The translations under genes and the position numbers were made by a program. This document shows positions 52,063 through 63,338 of a stretch of DNA of 64,000 bases, piece after piece. The first letter of the stretch is position 1; each line of letters opens with the position of its first letter. Where the stretch lies: the NCBI GenBank assembly GCA_044360075.1, contig JBIKLA010000005.1, positions 84,095 to 148,094 of the forward strand, read 5' to 3'. Under the pieces are notes generated by a model. It searched no databases. It was given only the letters and a program-made list of their open reading frames with translations, and was not told the origin of the DNA. The stretch comes from Bdellovibrionota bacterium. GTDB lineage: Bacteria > Bdellovibrionota_C > UBA2361 > OMII01.

Positions 52063-53172
52063 CTAGCGCAAAACCTCAAGGAGCGACGCGCAGACGTACT
52101 GAATCTGCTCGTCGGAGATCTCCGGATAGATCGGCAGCGACACGATGCGGCTCGAGATCTGCTCGGTGACGGGGAAGTCACCCTGCTTGTAGCCAAGCTT
52201 TTTGTAGCCACCTTGCAGATGATACGGGTTCGGGTAGTGCACAACGGTGCTGACACCCTTGGCCGCGAGATCCTGAATTACCTGGTCGCGGTTGTCGACC
52301 TGGATGACGTACAGGTGAAAAACGTGTTCATCGGCGCTTCGGATGTCGGGAAGCTTGAGCCCTTCCGAAGCATGCTTTGAAAGCAGCTGGTCGTACTTCT
52401 GGGCAGCCTCCCAGCGCTTGCGGTTGTAGTCGGCAAGGTGCTTGAGCTTTATGTTGAGAACAACGGCCTGAACGGTGTCGAGGCGCGAGTTCATGCCTTT
52501 CTCCGGGTGCTGGTACTTAATCTCTGACCCATAGTTGCGGAGCTTGCGCACTTGCCGGAAGAGGCGCTCGTCATTGGTGACGATGCCGCCGCCGTCGCCG
52601 TATGCGCCCAGGTTCTTGCCGGGGTAGAAGCTAAAGCATCCGATGTCGCCGAAGGACCCCACGCGCTTGCCCTTCCAGCGGGCACCGTGTGCCTGAGCGG
52701 TGTCCTCAACGACCTTGAGGTTGTGCTTTTTGGCGAAACCCATGACCTGGTCCATGTCGCAGGCGCGGCCATACAGGTGCACGGGACAGATCGCCTTGGT
52801 GCGTGGTGTGACGGCTTTCTCAAGCTTGCTGTAGTCGATGAGGAACGTATCGGGATCCGCGTCCACGAGAACGGGGCGGGCCCCGGCCTCCATAACTCCG
52901 ATGGCAGTGGCGACGAAGGTGTGGGAAGGGATGATTACCTCATCGCCTGCGCCGATGCCGAGAGCCTCGTAGGCGAGCCTGAGGGCGTCAGTTCCGTTTG
53001 CGACGCCGACAGATTGCTCGCTCTCGATGAACTTGGCGAAGTTCTTCTCGAACTCTTCCACTTGCGGACCAAGGACGAAGGCGGCGTCAGTAAAAACTTT
53101 CTGCACGGCGTCGTCGACCTCGGCTTTGATGCTCTGGTACTGGGTCTTCAGGTCAAGAAATGGAACCTTCAT
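52063..53172 (-). CDS. DegT/DnrJ/EryC1-family PLP-dependent sugar aminotransferase (GnnB/WbpE/ArnB-like)
   Basis: Family-typical N-terminus (PFLDLKTQYQSIKAEVDDAV), with PLP-lysine context around the FSFYPGKNLGAYGDGG motif. Confidence 0.9.
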   Translation of the reverse strand: MKVPFLDLKTQYQSIKAEVDDAVQKVFTDAAFVLGPQVEEFEKNFAKFIESEQSVGVANGTDALRLAYEALGIGAGDEVIIPSHTFVATAIGVMEAGARPVLVDADPDTFLIDYSKLEKAVTPRTKAICPVHLYGRACDMDQVMGFAKKHNLKVVEDTAQAHGARWKGKRVGSFGDIGCFSFYPGKNLGAYGDGGGIVTNDERLFRQVRKLRNYGSEIKYQHPEKGMNSRLDTVQAVVLNIKLKHLADYNRKRWEAAQKYDQLLSKHASEGLKLPDIRSADEHVFHLYVIQVDNRDQVIQDLAAKGVSTVVHYPNPYHLQGGYKKLGYKQGDFPVTEQISSRIVSLPIYPEISDEQIQYVCASLLEVLR

Positions 53173-53185
53173 AGCGTGTTCTCCG

Positions 53186-54337
53186 TTAATTCGGGCGGGC
53201 AGTCTGCGGAGCCGCCGGCGGTGCCTCGGGGGCGTTCGTGGGCCGCTCGCGTTGCCACATGCTGACCGGCCGTCCGTCCTCGTGGAAGGAGCGGGTCAGG
53301 GCTTCAAGCACTCTGACAACATCGAGGCCGTTCTGTCCATCTGTCATCGGGCGGTTGCCTGTGAGGATGCAGTCGATGAAGTGCGTGCACTCATTCACAA
53401 GAGGCTCGCCGGTCGTTATCTCGGGCTCAATGCACTGCCCCTCGCGTATCGCCATGCGGAAGTTGTTGAAGCTGTCGGTGTACTCCTCGGGCTTGCTGAC
53501 GGTGACACCCTTGTCGAATATCTTGATGGGCTTCTCTGGTCGCATGTCGTCAAAGGTGAGCATCTTGCGGTCGCCAACCACGGTGATCTCACGCTTCTTC
53601 TGAGGGTCGAGCCAGCTGACGAAGAACGCGGCAACGCGGTTGCCGGGGTAGAGCAGGGTGCCTTGCGCGATGTCCTCAACGGGCCGGCCGAGGAGGTGGT
53701 ACGCCGAGCAGGTTACCTGCATGGGGAGGGAGCCGAAGATATAGTTAAAGATCGCGATGTCGTGCGATGCGAGATCCCACAGGGCATTCACGTCAGCTCG
53801 GATCGGCCCGAGGTTCGTGCGCAGCGAGTGCATGTAAAAAAGGTTACCGAGATCCTTTTTCTCGATGTACTCCTTCATGGCGGTGATGCCGTTGTTGTAG
53901 AGGAAGATGTGGCCGGTCATGAGCTGCAGGTTTCTTCGTGTGGCCTCATCGCATAACTCAAGGGCCTCCTGGCTGTTACTTGCAATCGGCTTTTCAACGA
54001 AGAGGTGCTTGCCCGCCTCAAGAACCTGCATGCCGACCTGAAAGTGGAACTCGGTGGGCACTGCAACGAAGACTGCGTCAAACTCGTACTTCTTGAGGCA
54101 CTCGGCGAATGATGTCTCAAGGGGCAGCCCGGGGATGCGCTGTGACACGATCTCACGGCGCTCAGGGGATGCGTCTGCGGCCACGACAACGCGGGCGTTC
54201 GGGTGGCGCTCGATGGCTCGCACGAGGTTTGGGCCCCAGTGCCCGAGACCGACGACGCACACGCGCACTTCTCTTGAATTTTTAGGACCGTTTCCGCCCT
54301 GAATCGAGGACTTAATCGGAGTATTCATGTTGTTCAC
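53186..54337 (-). CDS. Gfo/Idh/MocA-family NAD-dependent sugar oxidoreductase (GnnA/WbpB-like)
   Basis: Rossmann motif VCVVGLGHWGPN; EKP motif. Confidence 0.85.
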   Translation of the reverse strand: MNNMNTPIKSSIQGGNGPKNSREVRVCVVGLGHWGPNLVRAIERHPNARVVVAADASPERREIVSQRIPGLPLETSFAECLKKYEFDAVFVAVPTEFHFQVGMQVLEAGKHLFVEKPIASNSQEALELCDEATRRNLQLMTGHIFLYNNGITAMKEYIEKKDLGNLFYMHSLRTNLGPIRADVNALWDLASHDIAIFNYIFGSLPMQVTCSAYHLLGRPVEDIAQGTLLYPGNRVAAFFVSWLDPQKKREITVVGDRKMLTFDDMRPEKPIKIFDKGVTVSKPEEYTDSFNNFRMAIREGQCIEPEITTGEPLVNECTHFIDCILTGNRPMTDGQNGLDVVRVLEALTRSFHEDGRPVSMWQRERPTNAPEAPPAAPQTARPN

Positions 54338-54576
54338 CTCCCTGGTACGGTGCCCGCCGTCAGCCGGCGCCCACCGTCTAGCTTACGCTCAAAAAAGCGC
54401 TCCTATTCCTCCTTAAAGATGCGAGGCCGGTGTTAGCAGGTGCGCTCAAGTGCCCGAATCAACTTGGCCGTCCGCCTATTCAGCTGGGCCAAGGTGAGGT
54501 AGAATTCTGGATTATTCGATAAGTCGCTGAAATGGCGATGTTTGTAAGCGCGAGCCTTAGTTCTGGGATGGCAGCC

Positions 54577-54975
54577 ATGAAGTATGAAGAGATCGAGATC
54601 GGACAATTCGGCGAGGTGACTAAGAGCTTCACGGAGCGCGATGTTGAGGCCTTTGCCGAGCTGTCGCTTGACACAAATCCGATACATCTCGACGAGGCAT
54701 ACGCGGCAACGACGATCTTCAAGAAGAGGATCGTGCACGGGATGCTTTCGTCGTCGCTTATCAGCGCAGCGCTTGCAACGAAGTGTCCCGGCGCGGGTTC
54801 CATCTACCTTGGGCAGGAGCTTTCGTTCCAGAAGCCGGTGTACATTGGCGACACGCTGACGGCGCGGGTTGAGGTAATCGAGAAGCGCCCAAAGCGTGTT
54901 GTGGTGCTGAGCACGACCGTCACAAACCAAAACGGCGACACGGTGATCACCGGCAAAGCTATTCTCAAGAAATAA
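54577..54975 (+). CDS. MaoC-like (R)-specific enoyl-CoA hydratase / hotdog dehydratase
   Basis: FTERDVEAFAELSLDTNPIHLD...IVHGML. Confidence 0.75.
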   Translation: MKYEEIEIGQFGEVTKSFTERDVEAFAELSLDTNPIHLDEAYAATTIFKKRIVHGMLSSSLISAALATKCPGAGSIYLGQELSFQKPVYIGDTLTARVEVIEKRPKRVVVLSTTVTNQNGDTVITGKAILKK

Positions 54976-54986
54976 CGATCGGACCG

Positions 54987-56089
54987 TTACGCAAAGGATC
55001 CTACGGGACGCCCGAGCGCTTCGGCGGTTGGCTTGTTGGTAATCATGCCATTGAAGCAGGTTAGGGCTGCTTTCACTTCGCTTGAGGTGTGGATCGCTTT
55101 TGCGGGGCCCATGTCAGCCAATTGAGTGATGTACGGGAGCGTTTGAGCGGCGAGCGCTATTGTGGACGTGCGCGGCGTTTGGGCTGGCATATTGCAGACG
55201 CCGTAATGAATAACGCCGTCAACGTCGTACGTGGGGTTGTCGAGCGATGTCGGCCTGCTTGTCTCGGCGCAGCCTCCCTGATCGATGCTGATATCAACGA
55301 ACACTGCTCGTGGGCCGAGCGAGCGAATCATCTCGCGCGTTATAATCTTGGGCGTCGCGGCGCCAGGGATGAGCACCGCGCCGATGAGGAGGTCAGCGTT
55401 CGCACATCCTTGAGAGAGAGACTGCGGGGTTGAGATTACGGTTTCGATGCCGGGAAAGTCTTCCGCAAGCGACGCGAGTTTCTTTTCGCTGATGTCGAAC
55501 ACGGTGACGTGGGCGCCCATGCCGAAAGCGGTAGAGCACGCGGCCCGGCCGGCGATTCCCGCGCCGATTATCATCACTCGAGCTGGGGGGGCTGCTCCAG
55601 CGCCACCGAGGAGCACCCCACGGCCGCCGTTCTGGGAGAGGAGGAGGTAGGAACCGTTAAGGACCGAGAGCTTTCCCGCCACTTCGCTCATGGGCTCAAG
55701 CAGTGGGAGGCGTCCATCGGGGGTCTGGAGGGTTTCATAAGCAAACGCCGTTACTTTTTTGGCGAGGAGGGCGTCAGCAACTTCCGGAAGGCTCGCCAGG
55801 TGAAGGAAATCAAACAGGAACAGGTCTGAGCGAAAGAACTCAAACTCGCTTGAATCGGGCTCCTTCACCTTGACCAGAAGCTCTGCGCTTGTCCACACAT
55901 CACCCAACGATTTGGCTATCTTGCAGCCAACCTTACGATACATTTCGTCTGAGAATCCCGAGCCCTCTCCCGCAGCGGTTTCAATCATTACGGCATGCCC
56001 GCGCTGAATAAGCTGCTGAGCCCCTTCGGGGGTGATTGCGACGCGCTTCTCCAGGGTCTTTCGCTCGCGTGGAACGCCGATCTGCATAG
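54987..56089 (-). CDS. ald: alanine dehydrogenase
   Basis: MQIGVPRERK...; NAD motif VMIIGAGIAGRAA; the start was taken at the internal ATG with GAGGAG upstream. Confidence 0.85.
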
Positions 56090-56340
56090 TCTGGAATCTC
56101 CTCGTAGGGGGTTTGTTGCGGGCGAGTGAGGCCCGCCCTCTCATGGTAGGGCATTCGGACACCGGATGGCATGCGTAAAGATCATCTTCTGCCTCCTTGG
56201 GCGGTATTTGCCCGTCTCTTCTTGGGCTTACTTGTGGTGAAAATTCAGCGTTCCGCAGGGCATCCGTGTTTACTTGGACGGTTCCGTCTACTATAAAACG
56301 GTTGGGCATTTTCAATACCTTAGACCTCCAGGGACCGCAC

Positions 56341-57312
56341 ATGGCTCATCACGCCTCGGCAGGCGCAGATTCCTCCTCGGTACAGTCAGCTGGCTCCCGC
56401 ACGTCCCCAAAGATCCTTGATGGAAAGACCCTTGCTCGGGCTGTAAGCCGCTCGTTGCAGGAGGTGGTTGTGGCGCTGCGCAAGAAGATAGGCCGAGCTC
56501 CGGGTCTTGCGGTGATCTTAGTAGGTGAGGATCCCGCCTCAAAGACCTACGTCGCAGCAAAGCACAAGTTTGCAAAGGAGTGTGGGGTTGAGACCTTTGA
56601 CGCGCACCTTCCGGCGAACGTGTCGCCGGCGGAGCTGCAGGCGGCGATTGAGCGCTTCAATTCGAATGATGCAGTGGACGGTATCCTGCTGCAGCTGCCG
56701 CTTCCGAAGCCGCTTGATGGCGCTGAGTTTACTCGAATGATTGCGCCCGAGAAGGACGCTGATGGATTGCACCCGCTCAATCAGGGCTTGCTGCTGCAGG
56801 GAATTCCTGGGCCGCGTCCGTGCACGCCGCTTGGGGTCATGACGATGCTTGACCTGGCGCTTTCGAGCACGGCGCTCACAGAGACGACGACGCTTGCGGA
56901 GATTCCGAAGGGGTCGCTTGCAGGCAAGAGCGCGGTAGTTATCGGGCGCTCGCAGCTCGTGGGGAAGCCGATGGGTTTCCTTTTGCTTGAGCGCAACGCG
57001 ACGGTGACGATGGCGCACTCGAAGACGGCGGACCTTCCGGCTGCGTGCCGCGCAGCTGATGTTGTTGTGGCGGCGGTTGGGGTGCCGAATCTCGTCAAGC
57101 GTGACTGGATTAAGCCTGGGGCGATCGTACTCGATGTGGGCATCAATCGTCTTCCTGATGGGAAGCTGTGCGGCGATGTCGATTACAAGGATGTTGCCCC
57201 GGTGTGCTCGGCGATTACGCCTGTACCGGGGGGCGTGGGGCCGATGACGGTCGCAATGCTTGTTTCGAATACGATTGAAAATTGTGCGCGCAGAAGTGGA
57301 GCAAAAATATGA
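56341..57312 (+). CDS. folD: bifunctional methylenetetrahydrofolate dehydrogenase/cyclohydrolase
   Basis: ILDGK...LAVILVGEDPASKTYV...VIGRSQLVGKPM...PVPGGVGPMTVAML. Confidence 0.85.
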   Translation: MAHHASAGADSSSVQSAGSRTSPKILDGKTLARAVSRSLQEVVVALRKKIGRAPGLAVILVGEDPASKTYVAAKHKFAKECGVETFDAHLPANVSPAELQAAIERFNSNDAVDGILLQLPLPKPLDGAEFTRMIAPEKDADGLHPLNQGLLLQGIPGPRPCTPLGVMTMLDLALSSTALTETTTLAEIPKGSLAGKSAVVIGRSQLVGKPMGFLLLERNATVTMAHSKTADLPAACRAADVVVAAVGVPNLVKRDWIKPGAIVLDVGINRLPDGKLCGDVDYKDVAPVCSAITPVPGGVGPMTVAMLVSNTIENCARRSGAKI

Positions 57313-58397
57313 AGCGAACCCCTCTCTTTGACGAGCACGTCCGGCTGGGTGGCAAGATGGTTGAATTTGCCGGGTGGGAGATGCCGGTGCAGTACGCGGG
57401 CGTGATCGCAGAGCACGCCAATGTGCGCGAGCGCGTAGGGCTCTTTGACGTGAGCCACATGGGGGAGATATGGGTCAGTGGCCCACAGGCAGATGCAGCT
57501 CTTGAGTACCTGACGTGCAATCGGGTGTCGGGGCTTTATGACGGCAAGGCGCAGTACAGCGCGATCCTCAACGACGAGGGGGGCGTCATCGATGACATTA
57601 TCATCTACCGATTCAACAAGGAGCTGTTCCTGCTGTGCGTGAATGCCTCGAACGCCGACAAGGACTTCGAGTGGCTCAAGAGCAGGAACCCGACGGATGC
57701 GCGTATCACGAACGCGAGTGCAGAGTACGGCCAGATTGCGGTGCAGGGTCCGCGGGCGCTTGAGCTCTTGGCCCCACTGGTAAAGGGAGCTGACCTGGGG
57801 AGCCTTAAGCCGTTTCACTTTGTTGAGTCTGAGCTTCTTGGCTCAAAGGTGATTATTGCGCGCACGGGATACACGGGCGAGGACGGAGTTGAGATCTTTG
57901 TTAAATCTGATAGGACGGCTGACTTATGGCGGCTCTTGCTTGAGCACGGAGCGAGCTATGGCGTGATGCCGTGCGGGCTTGGTGCGCGCGACTCGCTTCG
58001 GCTTGAGGCGGCGTACCCGCTGCATGGACATGAGCTGAGCGAAGACGTTCCGGCTCTTGAAAGTGGCCTTGGATGGATTATCAAGTTCGACAAGGGCGAC
58101 TTTATCGGCCGCGCGGCGCTTGAGAAGATTAAGGCTTCGGGCCCTGCGCGCAAGCTCGTTGGGCTGGTGCTGGATGAGCCGGGGATAGCGCGGCAGGGGG
58201 ACACGCTCCAGGTAAACGGAGCGGAAGTGGGCGTGGTCACGAGCGGCACAAAGACCCCCACTGTCAATAAAGCTTTGGGAATGGCGTTCATTGCGTCTGA
58301 GCTCGCAAAGCCGGACACGCAGGTGTCGGTTGTTGTGCGCGGGCGTCCGATAGCAGGGCACCTTATCTCGCTGCCGTTTTACAAGCGTTCGAAGTAA
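57309..58397 (+). CDS. gcvT: glycine cleavage system T protein (aminomethyltransferase)
   Basis: TPLFDEHVRLGGKMVEFAGWEMPVQY; ATGA overlap with the folD stop. Confidence 0.9.
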   Translation: MKRTPLFDEHVRLGGKMVEFAGWEMPVQYAGVIAEHANVRERVGLFDVSHMGEIWVSGPQADAALEYLTCNRVSGLYDGKAQYSAILNDEGGVIDDIIIYRFNKELFLLCVNASNADKDFEWLKSRNPTDARITNASAEYGQIAVQGPRALELLAPLVKGADLGSLKPFHFVESELLGSKVIIARTGYTGEDGVEIFVKSDRTADLWRLLLEHGASYGVMPCGLGARDSLRLEAAYPLHGHELSEDVPALESGLGWIIKFDKGDFIGRAALEKIKASGPARKLVGLVLDEPGIARQGDTLQVNGAEVGVVTSGTKTPTVNKALGMAFIASELAKPDTQVSVVVRGRPIAGHLISLPFYKRSK

Positions 58398-58416
58398 GGA
58401 AAGAGGAGGATACACA

Positions 58417-58797
58417 ATGGAATTTCCGTCAGAGTGCAAGTACACGAAGGAGCACGAGTGGGTGCGCATGGAGGGCGACGTTGCCGTCGTGGGCATCACT
58501 GAGTTCGCTCAGGCTGAGCTTGGCGAACTCGTGTTCGTCGATCTTCCGGCCGCCGGCAAGAGCGTTACGCAGCACGGCACGATGTGCGTTGTTGAGTCGA
58601 CGAAGGCGGCTTCAGACGTTTACTCGCCGCTTACGGGGACCGTTGCGGCGGTGAATGACGCGCTTTCGGGGGACCCGGGGCTGATCAATCGCGCTCCGTA
58701 CTCGGATGGCTGGATCGTCAAGATACAGGGCGCTTCGCAGGCTGAGATCGGCGCGCTGATGTCGGCTGACGAGTACAGGAAGCTCTTGGGCAAGTAG
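58417..58797 (+). CDS. gcvH: glycine cleavage system H protein
   Basis: Lipoyl-lysine motif [13 protein letters not shown]. Confidence 0.9.
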   Translation: MEFPSECKYTKEHEWVRMEGDVAVVGITEFAQAELGELVFVDLPAAGKSVTQHGTMCVVESTKAASDVYSPLTGTVAAVNDALSGDPGLINRAPYSDGWIVKIQGASQAEIGALMSADEYRKLLGK

Positions 58798-58868
58798 GGA
58801 CAAGAAGCTGCCGCGACCAAGAACGTGGCGCAGGGGCCGTTGGGGCACTACGAAAACTAGGCAACACC

Positions 58869-61799
58869 ATGTTGGCAGAGAAGATGAGCAAGGAAACGAC
58901 GAGCGAGACGACAGCAACACACCGCACCGGCTTTGGCGCTTCGGTGTTTTCCAAGCGCCACATCGGCCCGGATGCGGCCGAGATAAAGGCGATGCTTGAG
59001 CTGCTGGGCAAGCGAGAGCTCGACGACCTGATCGAGTCGGTGGTGCCGGCCGCGGTTCGCACGAAGACGCCGCTTTCACTCTCGCGATTTCCGGTGGCGC
59101 TGTCAGAGTATGAGGCGCTTGAGCGCATCAAAGCTGTTGCCGCAAAGAACACGCTCGCCCACTCATTCATCGGCATGGGCTACTACGACTGCATCACTCC
59201 TCCGGTGATTCAGCGCAATATCCTTGAGAATCCGGGATGGTACACGCAGTACACGCCGTACCAGGCAGAGATCGCGCAGGGCCGCCTTGAGGCGCTGCTC
59301 AACTACCAGACGCTCGTGATGGAGCTCACAGGTCTTCAGATCTCAAACGCGTCATTGCTTGATGAGGGAACGGCGGCGGCAGAGGCGATGGCCATGTCGC
59401 TTTCGGTGTCTTCAAAAGCGGCAGGCACGGCGGCGGGGTCGCATGAGTTTCTGGTTTCGGACACGGTTCATCCGCAGACGCTCGGTGTCGTAACGACCCG
59501 GGCCGAGGCCCTTGGGGTAAAAGTGGTGGTGGCATCGGCTGATACGTTTGCGTTTGGGCCGGCAACCTTTGGGTGCCTCGTGCAGTATCCCGATACGCTG
59601 GGCAACGTTCAGGACCTCTCAGCACTTTGCGCAACGGCGCATGAGCATGGGGCACTGGTAACGGTGGCTTCAGACCTGCTTGCGTTGTGTCTCCTTACGC
59701 CTCCGGGGCGGATGGGAGCGGATATCGTTGTTGGATCGGCGCAGCGGTTTGGTGTGCCGATGGGCTTCGGCGGGCCGCACGCGGCGTTCTTTGCGACGCG
59801 CGATGAGTATAAGCGCAGCATGCCGGGGCGGCTCGTTGGAGTTTCAAAAGATGCAAGCGGAAAGCCCGCGCTTCGGCTGGCGCTGCAGACTCGTGAGCAG
59901 CACATTCGCCGCGAGAAGGCGACGAGCAACATCTGCACGGCGCAGGTGCTTCTTGCGGTCATGGCGAGCATGTACGCGGTGTACCATGGCCCACATGGCT
60001 TGAGGCAGATCGCTGAGCGGGTTCATTCGCTCACGGGAGCGTTTGCGGCTCTTGCCAAGAAGGCGGGAATCTCTGTTGTGGGCACTTCTCACTTCGACAC
60101 AGTGACGCTTGATGTTGGGGCTAAGAAGGCCCAGGCACTGGCCGCCCAGGCTGAGAAAGAGGGCGTGCTGGTGCGGGTGATTAGTGACTCTCGTATCGGC
60201 GTGAGCTTAGATGAGGCGAAGGGCATCGATGACCTTGTAGCGCTGTGCGTCGCGCTTGGCATTAAGGCCAACCGCGATGAGTGCGAGAAGGCGATTTCGG
60301 CTGCGAAGGTAAATATCCCATCGTCACTCTTGCGCGAGGTGGACTACCTTAAGCATCCAGTTTTCAACCAGCACCACTCAGAGACTGAGTTTCTGCGCTA
60401 TGTGCGCAAGCTTGAGTCGCGGGACCTCTCGCTTGGGTTCTCGATGATTCCACTGGGTTCATGCACGATGAAGCTCAACGCAACTTCAGAGATGCTTCCG
60501 GTGACGTTCCCGGAGTTCGGGGGGCTTCATCCGTTCGCTCCGGCGGCGCACCGCAAGGGTTATGAGGATCTCTTCAGCGATCTCGAGGTTTCTTTAAGTG
60601 AGATCACGGGGCTTGAAGGCTGTTCGCTGCAGCCGAACGCGGGCTCGCAGGGCGAATATGCAGGGCTCGTTGTGATCCGTGCGTACCATGCAAGCCGCAA
60701 GGACTCTAAGCGCACGGTGTGCCTCATTCCGAAGTCGGCGCATGGCACGAATCCTGCGTCTGCCGCCATGACGGGGATGGAGGTTGTGCCTGTTGCGTGT
60801 GATGCGCAGGGAAACGTTGATCTTGCCGACCTTGAGGCGAAGGCGACGCAGTACCGTGACACCCTGGCGGCGTTGATGGTGACGTATCCATCGACGCACG
60901 GCGTGTTCGAGGAGGGTATCAAGAAGGCGTGCGAAATTGTGCATGCTAACGGCGGGCAGGTGTACATGGACGGTGCGAACCTCAATGCGCTTGTGGGGCT
61001 TGTTCGGCCGGGTGAGGTTGGCGTGGATGTCATGCACATCAACCTGCACAAGACGTTCTGCATTCCGCACGGCGGCGGCGGCCCGGGCATGGGCCCGATC
61101 TGCTGCGCGAAGCACTTAACGCCTTTCCTGCCAAACCATCCGGTTGTGGACCTCGGGCGTGCTCACGGCGTTGGGCCTATATCGGCTGCGCCGTGGGGCT
61201 CGGCGAGCATCCTTCCGATTTCGTGGATGTACCTTGCGATGATGGGCGGGGACGGCCTGACGCGCGCGACGGAGGTAGCGATTCTTTCCGCGAATTACAT
61301 GGCGAAGAAGCTCGAGAGCGACTATCCGGTGTACTACAAGGGCTCGTCGGGCTTCATTGCGCACGAGTGCATCCTTAATCTCTCGGCGCTCAAGGCGGAG
61401 GCGGGCATTGAGGTTGAAGATGTTGCCAAGCGCCTTATGGACTATGGGTTCCATGCACCGACGGTTTCGTGGCCGGTGGCAGGAACGCTGATGGTTGAGC
61501 CGACGGAGAGTGAACCAAAGGGAGAGCTCGATAGGTTTTGCGCTGCGCTCTCAATGATTCGCGAAGAGGTGCGCAAGATCGCCCGGGGCGAGTTTGACAA
61601 GACGAACAACCCGCTCAAGAACTCGCCGCACACGGCGCATGTTGTCATGAGCGACGAGTGGAATCGGCCCTACAGCCGCGAGGTGGCGGTCTTTCCAGCG
61701 CCGTGGACGCTTGAAAGCAAGTTCTGGCCGGCTGTGGGCCGGATAGACGGGGTGTACGGGGACAGGAACCTCTTCTGCTCGTGCGAGGGGCTGGCGTAG
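58869..61799 (+). CDS. gcvP: glycine dehydrogenase (decarboxylating), single-chain P protein
   Basis: 976 aa; PLP-lysine context [16 protein letters not shown]. Confidence 0.95.
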   Translation: MLAEKMSKETTSETTATHRTGFGASVFSKRHIGPDAAEIKAMLELLGKRELDDLIESVVPAAVRTKTPLSLSRFPVALSEYEALERIKAVAAKNTLAHSFIGMGYYDCITPPVIQRNILENPGWYTQYTPYQAEIAQGRLEALLNYQTLVMELTGLQISNASLLDEGTAAAEAMAMSLSVSSKAAGTAAGSHEFLVSDTVHPQTLGVVTTRAEALGVKVVVASADTFAFGPATFGCLVQYPDTLGNVQDLSALCATAHEHGALVTVASDLLALCLLTPPGRMGADIVVGSAQRFGVPMGFGGPHAAFFATRDEYKRSMPGRLVGVSKDASGKPALRLALQTREQHIRREKATSNICTAQVLLAVMASMYAVYHGPHGLRQIAERVHSLTGAFAALAKKAGISVVGTSHFDTVTLDVGAKKAQALAAQAEKEGVLVRVISDSRIGVSLDEAKGIDDLVALCVALGIKANRDECEKAISAAKVNIPSSLLREVDYLKHPVFNQHHSETEFLRYVRKLESRDLSLGFSMIPLGSCTMKLNATSEMLPVTFPEFGGLHPFAPAAHRKGYEDLFSDLEVSLSEITGLEGCSLQPNAGSQGEYAGLVVIRAYHASRKDSKRTVCLIPKSAHGTNPASAAMTGMEVVPVACDAQGNVDLADLEAKATQYRDTLAALMVTYPSTHGVFEEGIKKACEIVHANGGQVYMDGANLNALVGLVRPGEVGVDVMHINLHKTFCIPHGGGGPGMGPICCAKHLTPFLPNHPVVDLGRAHGVGPISAAPWGSASILPISWMYLAMMGGDGLTRATEVAILSANYMAKKLESDYPVYYKGSSGFIAHECILNLSALKAEAGIEVEDVAKRLMDYGFHAPTVSWPVAGTLMVEPTESEPKGELDRFCAALSMIREEVRKIARGEFDKTNNPLKNSPHTAHVVMSDEWNRPYSREVAVFPAPWTLESKFWPAVGRIDGVYGDRNLFCSCEGLA

Positions 61800-61826
61800 G
61801 GGAGTGGCTGACCTGAAGGTCGGTGC

Positions 61827-63338
61827 CTATTCCTCAACCCGAGGGAAGAGCTTTTCGACGGCTGCTAGGCCCTTGTCAACGCCCATGCTCCAAGCAGAGC
61901 CGACCTCCTGGGTAGTTTTCTGGAAGTTCTGGCCATCAATACGGGTGCTCTCGTTATCGCTTACCTGCATCTGTGCGAGGCACTGGTTGATCTCCTCGAG
62001 GGTCTTTAGGATCGATTCAGCCGAGTCGAGCTTAAGTTTTGGAGGCTGCAGGCCGGCCTGGGAGATCGACCGATTGATCTGGTAGAGAAAGTATTTCATG
62101 CGCTTGCCTGCCTCAGTGATCTCGGGTGAGACGGTGCTGACGACTTTAGGGGGCTCGGGGGCAGATGGAGATGGATCGGTTACGACGGGCTTCTTTTTTG
62201 GGGTCCAGTCGAGAGGGGGTTGTTTGGAGGAGTCGGTGCCCAGCACGTAGGCGATCCGCTGATCAAACCCTCTTGCCGCGTACTCTTTGTCCTCGGGCCA
62301 CTCCCTCTTCAGCTGCTGAAGAGGAACAGCTAGCGTGACCTTACCCGCAATCATCGGGGACATTTCAGCCAGAGCTTGAATGCATTGGTCGATAGACTCC
62401 CTCATGGATTCAGGAGTGAAGTTCTCGTCAGTGGGGTCGAACACTTTAGGCTGCAAGCCCCTTGGGGTGACCTGCTTTAGGTAATCGGCGATGAAGATGA
62501 CGTTGTGGTGGACAAGGGTCAAAGCTGGTCTGTCGCGCTCTTTCTCTATTTCAGCCTTTTTCTGCTCTGCGGTTTTAGAATCTTGGGGCTGTGTGGTGGT
62601 TTCGGGTTTGATCGGGGATAAGGGATCGTTATTGGCCCCGGCTGGCGCGCTCTTTTCGGTGGAGGGAGCAGTCTCCTTGGCTCCCGACGTTGCGTTCGGA
62701 GGTTTTGCCTCGGAGCTTTTTGAAGCTCCAGGTGCTAAATCTTTTGATGGCGTTTTTTCCGCCGAGGTGCCGAGCACCTCGTTTTTCTTGGAGGGCTTTG
62801 ACAGGTCTTCCCCCAACGAAGAACCACGAATTGCCCCATTGTCGACAATTGGGAGCGCCTCAATATGTTTTCCCATGCCATCACTTTTTTCGGTGGCACT
62901 TGTTTTGGGTGTCTTGTCAGTGCCGACGGCACCTGTGTCATTTTTCTTGTTGGCGGCGACCGTCTTTCCGGGCTTTACCTCGACGGGTGTAGGTCTGTCC
63001 TTCCCGGACGTCACCTCCCAAAAAGCCACTCCACTCAAGCCAGTCAGCAGAGCGGCAGAAGCGCCCCAAGAGACGAGGCGACGGGACCCTTCCGGGTGCC
63101 CTGCGGGGCGACCTCCCTTAAGCGCGTTCAGCGCGGAGCGTGCCTGATCCCGCAAGCTATCTCCAGGCAGGCCTGGCTGGGGCGCTGCGGAGTTTTGCTG
63201 CTGAGTTTGCAACCGGAGATCCGGGGAAAAAGAGCCAGCGAGAGACGAGCCAGTAGTGAGTAAGAGCTCACTCGGCAATGGGTTCGGAGTCGGAAGTTTG
63301 CCCGGGCTTGTGTTGTTCGCCGGGGTAGTCGGGGGCAT
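61827..63338 (-). CDS. Pro/Ser/Thr/Lys-rich hypothetical membrane-anchored or secreted protein
   Basis: One hydrophobic segment (ASAALLTGLSGVAFW); the compositional bias makes the call uncertain. Confidence 0.35.
   Translation of the reverse strand: MPPTTPANNTSPGKLPTPNPLPSELLLTTGSSLAGSFSPDLRLQTQQQNSAAPQPGLPGDSLRDQARSALNALKGGRPAGHPEGSRRLVSWGASAALLTGLSGVAFWEVTSGKDRPTPVEVKPGKTVAANKKNDTGAVGTDKTPKTSATEKSDGMGKHIEALPIVDNGAIRGSSLGEDLSKPSKKNEVLGTSAEKTPSKDLAPGASKSSEAKPPNATSGAKETAPSTEKSAPAGANNDPLSPIKPETTTQPQDSKTAEQKKAEIEKERDRPALTLVHHNVIFIADYLKQVTPRGLQPKVFDPTDENFTPESMRESIDQCIQALAEMSPMIAGKVTLAVPLQQLKREWPEDKEYAARGFDQRIAYVLGTDSSKQPPLDWTPKKKPVVTDPSPSAPEPPKVVSTVSPEITEAGKRMKYFLYQINRSISQAGLQPPKLKLDSAESILKTLEEINQCLAQMQVSDNESTRIDGQNFQKTTQEVGSAWSMGVDKGLAAVEKLFPRVEE

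Noticed and set aside
53027-53956. 309-aa + strand ORF
   Set aside because: It is antisense to the Gfo/Idh/MocA oxidoreductase and the DegT aminotransferase.
56090-56340. Glycine riboswitch upstream of the gcv genes
   Set aside because: No GGAGAG...CACCGAAGG-type aptamer motifs were found. gcvT is translationally coupled to folD (ATGA overlap), so the operon is led by folD.
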